Below are positions 19,788 to 27,542 of a stretch of 64,000 nt of DNA, one piece after another. Position numbers and translations under genes: made by a program. The stretch spans positions 71,519 through 135,518 of the forward strand of contig CAYSKO010000004.1 of the NCBI GenBank assembly GCA_964431835.1, in the 5' to 3' direction. The notes beneath the pieces are model-generated. The model ran no database searches and was not told the DNA's origin. It saw only the letters and a program-made list of their open reading frames with translations. Each line of letters starts with the position of its first letter. The first letter of the stretch is position 1. The DNA comes from an uncultured Planctomycetia bacterium. Its GTDB lineage: Bacteria; Omnitrophota; Gorgyraeia; 2-02-FULL-51-18.

Positions 19788-20740
19788 CGGCCCGCGTTCC
19801 GCAGACGCTGGAGGAGCGCGTCGACTCCTTCGCCGGTGACGGCCGAGATCGGGAAAATTTCCTTCTTCACGGAGCGCTTGAACTTCTTGAGCGCGTCTTT
19901 CGCCTCGGTCACGTCCATTTTATTTGCGACGAGGATCTCCTCTTTCTCGCTCAGCGTGACGGAGTAAGCTTCGAGCTCGGCGCGGAGGGCCTTGTAGTCG
20001 GAGAGGGGATCACGGCCATCCACCGCCGCGAAATCGATGAGATGAACGAGCACCTTCGTGCGTTCGACGTGCTTCAAGAAATCGAGGCCAAGGCCACGAC
20101 CTTCGCTCGCGCCTTCAATGAGGCCGGGAATGTCAGCTACGACGCGCGTGTCTCCTTCGTCGTATTTCACGACGCCCAGGATCGGGCTTTTCGTCGTGAA
20201 AGGATACGCCGCAATCTTCGAGCGCGCGTTCGAAACGCGGGAAATGAACGTGGATTTGCCCGCGTTCGGGAATCCGACGAGACCGATGTCGGCGATGAGC
20301 TTGAGCTTGAGGAGAAGTTCTTTGGCCTCGCCGGGTTCGCCAGGATGCGCGTCGCGCTTCTTGTCGTTACCGTGGCCGCCGATGCCGCCGCGGCAGACGA
20401 CCACGCTCGCGCCGATGCGGTCGAGGTCCTTCAGGAACTCGCCGGTCATGCGGTCGAAGATTTCAGTCCCGGCGGGAACGCCGAGGACGAGATCTTTTCC
20501 GGCATGACCGCGCATATTGGAGGACGAGCCGTGGCCACCGTTCTGGGCTGCGAACTCGCGCTGCATCTGGAAATCGAGGAGGGTTTGAATGTTGGTGCGG
20601 GCTTCAAGAATAACTGAACCGCCCGGACCGCCGTCGCCGCCGTTTGCACGGGGACGTCCGGGGTTCGTGCGGTCCATGCTCGCGCAGCCTTTTCCGCCAT
20701 GACCCGCCGTGCATGAAATGACGGCTTCGTCGACGAACAT
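19784..20740 (-). CDS. obgE: Obg family GTPase
   Basis: MFVD start, Gly-rich Obg fold, GFPNAGKST, YPFTT, DIPG and NKMD motifs. Confidence 0.97.
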   Translation of the reverse strand: MFVDEAVISCTAGHGGKGCASMDRTNPGRPRANGGDGGPGGSVILEARTNIQTLLDFQMQREFAAQNGGHGSSSNMRGHAGKDLVLGVPAGTEIFDRMTGEFLKDLDRIGASVVVCRGGIGGHGNDKKRDAHPGEPGEAKELLLKLKLIADIGLVGFPNAGKSTFISRVSNARSKIAAYPFTTKSPILGVVKYDEGDTRVVADIPGLIEGASEGRGLGLDFLKHVERTKVLVHLIDFAAVDGRDPLSDYKALRAELEAYSVTLSEKEEILVANKMDVTEAKDALKKFKRSVKKEIFPISAVTGEGVDALLQRLRNAGR

Positions 20741-20765
20741 TACGGGAGAATGAGCCGGGTAAGGC

Positions 20766-21023
20766 TCAGGCTTCTGCGGATTCTTGAGGAACGATGTGGA
20801 CGCGGTTGGACGGCTGGAACTTGACGATCCCGTCCTTCAGGGCGAAGAGCGTAAAATCGCGGCCCAATCCGACGAAATGTCCGGGAAAATACTTGGTGCC
20901 CTTCTGCCGGATGATGATGCTTCCGGCCCTCACGAACTGCCCCGCGTACCGCTTTACACCCAGCCGCTGGGAGTGAGAATCGCGGCCGTTCTTGGAGGAA
21001 CCTAAACCTTTTTTATGTGCCAT
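20766..21023 (-). CDS. rpmA: 50S ribosomal protein bL27
   Basis: [16 protein letters not shown]. Confidence 0.99.
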   Translation of the reverse strand: MAHKKGLGSSKNGRDSHSQRLGVKRYAGQFVRAGSIIIRQKGTKYFPGHFVGLGRDFTLFALKDGIVKFQPSNRVHIVPQESAEA

Positions 21024-21041
21024 GGCTTAAAACTTTCTTGT

Positions 21042-21359
21042 TTAGGCGCCCGCGTGAACGGACTTGATCTTCACGCGCAGGTATTTCTGGCGGTGGCCGA
21101 TCTTGGTGGCAGCCTTCTCGCGACGGATGTATTTGAACGAAATAGTCTTGGCGGACTTCACCTCGTCGACCAGCTCCGCATCCACGAAGGCACCCTTCAC
21201 GAAGGGCTGACCCACGGTGGCTTTGTCGCCGTCCGCAAGAAGAAGAACCTTGTCCAGCTTCACGCCCTTGGACTTGCTCACCTGGGTGAGCTCGATGTCC
21301 AGCGTGTCGCCAGCCTTGACCTTGTATTGTTTACCGCCTGTTTCGATGATAGCAATCAT
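21042..21359 (-). CDS. rplU: 50S ribosomal protein bL21
   Basis: AIIETGGKQYKV...GHRQ; ATG at 21359. Confidence 0.98.
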   Translation of the reverse strand: MIAIIETGGKQYKVKAGDTLDIELTQVSKSKGVKLDKVLLLADGDKATVGQPFVKGAFVDAELVDEVKSAKTISFKYIRREKAATKIGHRQKYLRVKIKSVHAGA

Positions 21360-21369
21360 AAGAGTTAGA

Positions 21370-21398
21370 AAGTTACCACAGCCGTTTGCGCTTGTCAA
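21370..21398 (-). promoter_or_regulatory. Sigma70 promoter for rplU-rpmA-obgE
   Basis: TTGACA (21393-21398), 17 nt spacer, TG-G-TAACTT (21370-21375), overlapping the rng stop. Confidence 0.8.
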
Positions 21399-22983
21399 GC
21401 AACCGCTTGAAGCGAACTTCTTCGACGTGTACGTGCGGGTCCCCGACAAGCGTGACGCGATTTTGTCCGACTGCTTCTATCTGGCGGATCATTTTTTTAT
21501 CCTCTCGAGAAAGTACTTCGACGACGTCCGGAGAAGCGTTCACTTCCACCTGCTCGCGCTTCAGCGGCTTGAGATACGCGGTGAGGCGCTGGAGCGCGTC
21601 GGCCGCGACGGTTTCTTTGGAACGCACAATTCCCTTCCCGTGGCAATACGGGCACTGCTGGGACGCCGCGCTTTCGAGCGATTTTCTCATGCGCTGCCGC
21701 GTCATCTCGACGAGGCCGAGCTGGGAAAGATTCAGAACGCTCGTCTTGGCGCGGTCGCGTTTGAGAGACTCCTCGAGGATTTTCAGGACGCTCCGGCGGT
21801 GCTCCGGAATGTCCATATCGATGAAGTCGATGATGATAATGCCGCCCAGGTCGCGCAGGCGGATTTGCTTGGCGATTTCCCGCGCGGCCTCGCAGTTGGT
21901 CTTGAACGCGGTGTCCTCGAGATTGCGCGTGCCGGTGAACTTGCCGGTGTTCACGTCGACCGAGACGAGCGCCTCGGTCTGCTCGATGACGACGTGACCG
22001 CCGCTTTTGAGCGTAGCACGCGGTTCGTAGATTTTGTCGATTTCCCTCTGCACTCCGAAGGCCGTGAAGATGTGCTGCTCCCCCGCGTAAAGCTGGAGCT
22101 TCGGCAGGAGGTTCGGCACAGCCGCCGTCATGAACCGCTCGACTCGCTTAAACTCCTCGCGGTCGTTGACGACGATGCGCTCGAACTGCTCGGTCAGCAC
22201 GTCGCGCACGAGGCGAAGCGTCAGGCCGTACTCCTCATGGACCACCGCGGGAGCGCGACGCGATCCGCAGCGGCGTTGGATGAGCTTCCACTGATGGACC
22301 AGGAACCGGATGTCGCGCTCGAGAACCTTGGCGTCGCAGCCCGAAGCGGCCGTGCGAACGATCAGGCCGGCTTCCTTCGGAAGATCGATGTCCTTGATGA
22401 TCTGGCGGATGCGCTCACGCTCCTTGCGGTCGTCGATGCGTTTGGAGATGCCGATGTGCGGGTGGTGCGGCATAAAGACCACGAAGCGGCCGGCGAGCGA
22501 GATCTGGCAGGTTAAGCGCGCGCCCTTTGTGCCGAACGGCTCTTTGACGACTTGGACGAGCACTTCCTGGTCTTTCTTGAGGACGTCCTGGATGAGAGGG
22601 TCGGGCTCGTGCTTGTGCCCGCGGCCCCTGTGGCCATGACGGCCGCCGCCGCCCTTATGCTGCTCGGGAGCGCGGCCTTCGGTGGGCTTCGCTTCTGCGT
22701 CCTCTTTCTTCGCGTCTTCTTTTTCTTCGTAAACGGCGTCTTCGTCCAGGATCCCCTGGCCGATAACGTCCGTTACGTACAGAAAACCGTTCTTTTCTAG
22801 GCCCAGGTCGACGAACGCCGCACCGATACCCGGCACGATCGAGCTCACCCTGCCCTTGAAGATCGACCCGACGAGCTGGCGATCGGTCTGCCGTTCGACG
22901 TAATATTCCTCGAGATGACCGTCTTCGACGACCGCCACCTTCTTGGACTGGAATTCCATGTTCACTACAATTTCTTTTTTCAT
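21373..22983 (-). CDS. rng: Ribonuclease E/G family protein
   Basis: S1 domain, DVNTGK, LRDLGGIIIIDFIDM, GLVEMTRQR and CPYCHG zinc link. Confidence 0.95.
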   Translation of the reverse strand: MKKEIVVNMEFQSKKVAVVEDGHLEEYYVERQTDRQLVGSIFKGRVSSIVPGIGAAFVDLGLEKNGFLYVTDVIGQGILDEDAVYEEKEDAKKEDAEAKPTEGRAPEQHKGGGGRHGHRGRGHKHEPDPLIQDVLKKDQEVLVQVVKEPFGTKGARLTCQISLAGRFVVFMPHHPHIGISKRIDDRKERERIRQIIKDIDLPKEAGLIVRTAASGCDAKVLERDIRFLVHQWKLIQRRCGSRRAPAVVHEEYGLTLRLVRDVLTEQFERIVVNDREEFKRVERFMTAAVPNLLPKLQLYAGEQHIFTAFGVQREIDKIYEPRATLKSGGHVVIEQTEALVSVDVNTGKFTGTRNLEDTAFKTNCEAAREIAKQIRLRDLGGIIIIDFIDMDIPEHRRSVLKILEESLKRDRAKTSVLNLSQLGLVEMTRQRMRKSLESAASQQCPYCHGKGIVRSKETVAADALQRLTAYLKPLKREQVEVNASPDVVEVLSREDKKMIRQIEAVGQNRVTLVGDPHVHVEEVRFKRLLDKRKRLW

Positions 22984-23007
22984 TTCGCTCCCTCGTTTGA
23001 TCTTTAT

Positions 23008-23047
23008 AAAAAAACACGCGCCGCCCCGATAGCGGCCGGGCGGCGCG
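23008..23047 (-). terminator. Intrinsic terminator after pilQ
   Basis: 10-bp stem CGCGCCGCCC/GGGCGGCGCG followed by TGTTTTTTT. Confidence 0.75.
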
Positions 23048-23105
23048 AGCTTGGAAATTCATGCGTTTCGACAATGCCGGAGCGCCTCAAGCGCCCCGGA
23101 GACGG

Positions 23106-24692
23106 TCAGATGCGCTGCCCCTGCTGGGCGGCGGCCCCCTGATCGGGGACAATGTTGACCGTCATGAAAAATAACAGGTCCGTTTTCTGGACCGTCTTGT
23201 CGTTATGGCTGAAAAGTTTTTCCAGCAGCGGGATGTCGCCCAAAACCGGGACTTTCGTTCTCGAATCGACTATCGTTTCGCGGATGAGACCTCCGATTGC
23301 GATGGTTTGACCGTTCCTAATACGAACCTGTGTCTTGGCCGACCTCGTAGAGAAACGAGGGGCCTTGACGTCCGGCGTGAGCGTGTCGAAGCCCAGGAGA
23401 CTGGTGATCTCCGGCGCGATGCTGACGACGATCTCGTCGGCGCTATTGATTTGCGGGATCACCGAAAGGCGGATGCCGAGATCGCGGTCCTTGTATCCCG
23501 TGATCTCCATGCGGCCGGTCGTCGAATTTCTTTCGAAGGTGGGAATCGCGATGATTTCACCCACCAGGATCTTCGCCTCTTGGTTGTTCAGCGTGGTGAC
23601 GTGGGGCTCCGATAGGACCTTTGCGTCGTTGCGCTGTTGGATCAGTTCGAGCACCGCCTGGAACTGGGTGAAATCCAGCGTGCCGAATTGGAACTCCGCC
23701 TTGTCCGCCACGGGGAAATTGGCCTCGTGGACGAAATCGGTGGCAGGGAAATCTTGAACTTCGTCCGACGTGGAAGTGCCACCCGCGTCCGACGTGGTGC
23801 TGGTGGTCGCCCCGCGGCCTTCGGGTAAAAGGCTGTTCAGGAAGCGGGGGCCGGACTTGGTCGCGCGGAAAGGCGCGGTCGTCGGACGCGACGAACCAGA
23901 AACAGCCGCGCGAAGATTCCACTGAATGCCCATGCGGTCCGCGCTGCCGAGCGTGGTTTCGATCACCTTCGCCTGAATCGTGACCTGCGGGGTCGTGCGA
24001 TCCAGGCGCTGGATGACTTTCCCGATGCTTTGCAGGGTGGTCGGCATGTCCGTTACGATGATCGCGTTCGAACGGCTGTCCGAGCGGATTTTGCCGCGCT
24101 CGGAGAGAATGTCGCGCAGCGCTTTTTCCACTTCCGCCGCCTGCGCGTAGTTGAGCACGTACACTTCTGTGGAGAGTTCTTCCTTCTTGAGATTTTCGAT
24201 CGTCGTTACGCGGATGATGTTTCCGTCGCGGTCGTAGGCGTAACCGTAAGTCTTAAGAACGACGTCGAGAGCTTTTTCCCACGGCACGTCGACGAGGCGG
24301 ATAGTCACCACTCCGGTGACGTCTTTGCCAGCGACGATGTTCACGCCGCTCTTGAAAGAAAGAATGCGGAGCACGTTCTGGATGTCGGCTTCTTTGAAGT
24401 CTACGGTCACGTTGCCGGGCGAGGTCGTCGATCCTTCGACGACGGTCGAATCCGAGGGTGCCGGAGAATCCGTCTCGTCGGAGGAATAAGCGGGTTCTTC
24501 GGCCGTCGGCTGCGCTTCGGACGCCGTGGAAGCCTGCGACGAGGGTTCTGTCGCGGCGGCGGGGGCGGCGGCTTCTACGGGAGGCTGGTCATCCGCCGCT
24601 TGCAGCGAGGCAAAAGGAACGAAAACCAGGAGCGCAATCGACAAAATGGACTTCGCGAGCGTACGCAAGGTCGTTTTATCGTTCAGTGGCAT
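23106..24692 (-). CDS. pilQ: Type IV pilus secretin PilQ (compact, no AMIN domains evident)
   Basis: Signal peptide, DFKEADI...VPWEKAL N0 domain, secretin motif GGLIRE...KVPVLGDIPLL. Confidence 0.92.
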   Translation of the reverse strand: MPLNDKTTLRTLAKSILSIALLVFVPFASLQAADDQPPVEAAAPAAATEPSSQASTASEAQPTAEEPAYSSDETDSPAPSDSTVVEGSTTSPGNVTVDFKEADIQNVLRILSFKSGVNIVAGKDVTGVVTIRLVDVPWEKALDVVLKTYGYAYDRDGNIIRVTTIENLKKEELSTEVYVLNYAQAAEVEKALRDILSERGKIRSDSRSNAIIVTDMPTTLQSIGKVIQRLDRTTPQVTIQAKVIETTLGSADRMGIQWNLRAAVSGSSRPTTAPFRATKSGPRFLNSLLPEGRGATTSTTSDAGGTSTSDEVQDFPATDFVHEANFPVADKAEFQFGTLDFTQFQAVLELIQQRNDAKVLSEPHVTTLNNQEAKILVGEIIAIPTFERNSTTGRMEITGYKDRDLGIRLSVIPQINSADEIVVSIAPEITSLLGFDTLTPDVKAPRFSTRSAKTQVRIRNGQTIAIGGLIRETIVDSRTKVPVLGDIPLLEKLFSHNDKTVQKTDLLFFMTVNIVPDQGAAAQQGQRI

Positions 24693-25056
24693 TTTTTCCT
24701 TTGGGTTCGTCCCGGTAAAGCGGTACGTACGTTTCGGTTCCGTTCAACAGGAATCGCGCGCCATTGCGCTCGATCTTCAAGACCTTCATTCCGCCGGTCT
24801 CCTCGCCTTCCTTTAATACGGAGCCGTTCACAACGATCACGGAACCCTTCGGGTCGAACACGATCCCTTCGATCGAAATTTCTTCGGCGGATTCAACCCC
24901 GTACAGACCCGATCCCTGCCTGGAATTAAGCGTCAGGAGTGGAGCGAATGGGTCTCTCTTGCCGCGCGGATCGTACGTCGGCTCGTCCGCTGCCCTAACG
25001 CCGTCGATGATACCAAACGACATCAAAAGAATCCAGAAAAAGAATTTTACTCTCAA
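24676..25056 (-). CDS. pilP: PilP-like pilus assembly protein
   Basis: RDPF motif, LxGI-type beta domain, position between pilO and pilQ; start codon uncertain. Confidence 0.7.
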   Translation of the reverse strand: MRVKFFFWILLMSFGIIDGVRAADEPTYDPRGKRDPFAPLLTLNSRQGSGLYGVESAEEISIEGIVFDPKGSVIVVNGSVLKEGEETGGMKVLKIERNGARFLLNGTETYVPLYRDEPKGKNATER

Positions 25057-25109
25057 ATTATGAGCATCGCTAGACTTCTTTCTTAAAGGATCAATTTTTC
25101 TAATCAAAT

Positions 25110-25745
25110 TTAACTCCTGCGCCGGTACGTTTCGATCTCGAGCTGGATTTCGTGGCGGCGGGCATCACTCGGGTTCTCGACCACGCGGAGGTCGGCTACC
25201 CGGAAGAAGGTGGGACTCGCTTCAAGCCGGCCGAGGAAACGCCCGAGCTCGTGACCGCCCGCTTGCGCGCTGATCCGGATCGGGACTTTCGCGTAGGGGC
25301 CGGCTTCCCCCGCCGTCTGTTCGTCGGGCTTAAGCGAGACGATGCGCAGGCCCGACGCCGACGCGAGCTTCGAAAGGTTCTCAAGAAGCGACGGAACTTC
25401 GTCGGGGGCGATGAAGGCGCTTTCCGATTTATCGAGGCGTTCTTTCGTGCGCGTCCACATCGCCTCGATCTTATCCTTGTTCTTGCGGTCGTCGCGCAGG
25501 CCCTGAAGCTCGGCCTTTTTGGCCGACAGCTCCGCGCCGCCCGAAAACGCGCCGATGATCGGCCGGAGAACGAGGAAATAATCGATCGTAAAAAGAAAGC
25601 ACGCGCCGAAGACAAGGATCATCACCTTCTCGCGGGGGTTGCGGCCGTTCACAAAAGCGGCTATCCGGTCGACGAAAGCCGGGCGCTTCGGGACGAATTT
25701 CGTCAGTGGCTTGAGAAAAGCGAATCCCTCCTGCCCGAGTTTCAT
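25110..25745 (-). CDS. pilO: Type IV pilus alignment protein PilO
   Basis: TM helix, coiled coil, EVPSLLENLS...G.HELGRFL; ATGA overlap with pilN. Confidence 0.85.
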   Translation of the reverse strand: MKLGQEGFAFLKPLTKFVPKRPAFVDRIAAFVNGRNPREKVMILVFGACFLFTIDYFLVLRPIIGAFSGGAELSAKKAELQGLRDDRKNKDKIEAMWTRTKERLDKSESAFIAPDEVPSLLENLSKLASASGLRIVSLKPDEQTAGEAGPYAKVPIRISAQAGGHELGRFLGRLEASPTFFRVADLRVVENPSDARRHEIQLEIETYRRRS

Positions 25746-26431
25746 TCGGCCACCGCCGCTTTCTTCTCCTTGCGGAACGTGCAAACGAGCGAGAAGTCGA
25801 ACACGTCGGTCTCGCGGATTTTGCGCTGATTCATGTTCTGGAGCTCGATGGATTCGAAAAGAGTCGAGAGGTACGCGTTTTCCTTCAGGACCTTGATGAA
25901 CTTGCCGACGTACGCGGTCTCCTGTCCCTGCGCGACCACGGTGCCCTCAAGGAGCAGCGCGCGTTTCTTTTCCGTCTTCGCGCCCGCGGCCGCCTCGGCC
26001 GCCCGGCGCTTGCGCGCCGCCGATCCGGTGTCCCCCTTGCCTACGCCGCCGCCCGATTGGACGTCGGTGAGGCTCAGGCCGCGCAGCCAGACGCCTTTGG
26101 TGGTGGAATCCGAAAGCGCGTTGAGGAGTCTCGACCATTGGTACGGACGCGAAGCCACCACGTGCGCGTCCTTCAAGCGTACTTTGAGTCGCTGGATCGC
26201 CTCTTTGCGCTCGAGGATTTCCTTGTTCTGTTCCTTCAGCGAAACGATCGCTGACGACGTTGCCGCCGCGTCGACGCGCCGGAGGATTGCGAGGCACCCG
26301 AAGACAATTTGCAGACCGACGAACGCGGCAAGAAGGATCTTGAGTGTGCGCTTGATCGGAAGCTCGGGTAGGACGAAGGCGACGCTTTCCTTCTTTCGAA
26401 GATCCTCGGGAAGAAGATTGATTTCGATCAT
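25742..26431 (-). CDS. pilN: Type IV pilus alignment protein PilN
   Basis: N-terminal INLLP motif, TM helix, GVWL. Confidence 0.9.
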   Translation of the reverse strand: MIEINLLPEDLRKKESVAFVLPELPIKRTLKILLAAFVGLQIVFGCLAILRRVDAAATSSAIVSLKEQNKEILERKEAIQRLKVRLKDAHVVASRPYQWSRLLNALSDSTTKGVWLRGLSLTDVQSGGGVGKGDTGSAARKRRAAEAAAGAKTEKKRALLLEGTVVAQGQETAYVGKFIKVLKENAYLSTLFESIELQNMNQRKIRETDVFDFSLVCTFRKEKKAAVAE

Positions 26432-27447
26432 TTGGAGTTTCCCAGCCCGCGGAGGGCCATCCCGAGCGCGACGTTGAGCTCCGCCGAGTGGCTCGCCAGG
26501 AACTTTTGGTCGAGGTCTCCGAAGACCTGCATCTTTTTCATGTTGTCCCAGAGAGAGACCGTGTGCCCGAGTTCCTCGGTGAGGAGCTCGGGTGCCCCCA
26601 GCGAAAGCGCGCCGCCGCCGCTCATCCAGATCGCTTTCAGCTCCTCGCCGGCTTCGTTCTCGAAGTAGTCGATGGAATGGCGGATCTCGTCGATTAGCGG
26701 TTCGAAACCCTTCTGCGTGGCCGCGCGAAGCGCTTCAGCATCCTCGGGCGCGGCGGCTACTTTGAGTGCATCCGCCTCATCCTCGGTGATTTTGTTCGAG
26801 TCCGCGAGCGCTTTCGTCACTCCCTGCGCGCCCACGGGGATCTCGCGGACGAAAAAAGGCTGTTTGTCGTGGATGATCGCGAAGGAGCTGACGACGTGGC
26901 CGATATTGAGGATTCCGTACGAGCGGGAGTCTGCCTGGCCGTCGGCCAGCACCTCGAAGGCGTTCATCAGACAAAAGATGTCAACGTCGATGAGCTCGGG
27001 CTGGATGCTGATGTCGGAGAGGAGCTTGAGTCGCTCCTGAACGTAATCCTTCTTGGCCGCGACCAGGAGAACGTCCATCGTCTTCTTGGCCGCAGTTTGG
27101 TTCAGGATCTGGAAATCGAGGATGCAGTCGTCGATCGGGAAAGGGATGTGGCTCTCGGCTTCGAAGCGGATCGCGCCTTTTAACTCCGCGTGGGTCATGG
27201 AAGGCAGCGAGATACGGCGGATGAGAAGCGAGGAACCGGAGACGGAGATGCGGATGCGCTTGGAGGCGCCTTCGGCGTCGACGGAATACTGGATGGCCTT
27301 CCGGACGTCCTGCGGCGACATGCCTAGAAGCGGGTAAATGGACACCCGGTTCAGCTTAATTTCCTGCTGGCTTCGGGCGATCTCGACGCATTTCAGCGAA
27401 TAGCTGCCGATGTCGAGACCGACCGCCGCGAAATTTTTGGGTTTCAA
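26428..27447 (-). CDS. pilM: Type IV pilus assembly protein PilM
   Basis: VGLDIGS, EAESHIPF, actin-like SGGG and VALGMALR. Confidence 0.93.
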   Translation of the reverse strand: MKPKNFAAVGLDIGSYSLKCVEIARSQQEIKLNRVSIYPLLGMSPQDVRKAIQYSVDAEGASKRIRISVSGSSLLIRRISLPSMTHAELKGAIRFEAESHIPFPIDDCILDFQILNQTAAKKTMDVLLVAAKKDYVQERLKLLSDISIQPELIDVDIFCLMNAFEVLADGQADSRSYGILNIGHVVSSFAIIHDKQPFFVREIPVGAQGVTKALADSNKITEDEADALKVAAAPEDAEALRAATQKGFEPLIDEIRHSIDYFENEAGEELKAIWMSGGGALSLGAPELLTEELGHTVSLWDNMKKMQVFGDLDQKFLASHSAELNVALGMALRGLGNSK

Positions 27448-27513
27448 AGGGGTCGCGCCGTGCCCTTTCTTTTTTTAGCAAAAAATTAGCAAAAGTCGCT
27501 AAACTTCAACAGG

Positions 27514-27542
27514 ATTGTATTATAAATACAGCACGATGTCAA
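27514..27542 (-). promoter_or_regulatory. Sigma70 promoter for pilMNOPQ
   Basis: TTGACA (27537-27542), 17 nt spacer, TACAAT (27514-27519). Confidence 0.8.

Noticed and set aside
25020-25110. AT-rich patch between pilO and pilP as a promoter or insertion scar
   Set aside because: No well-spaced -35/-10 pair or terminal repeats found; part of it encodes the PilP signal region
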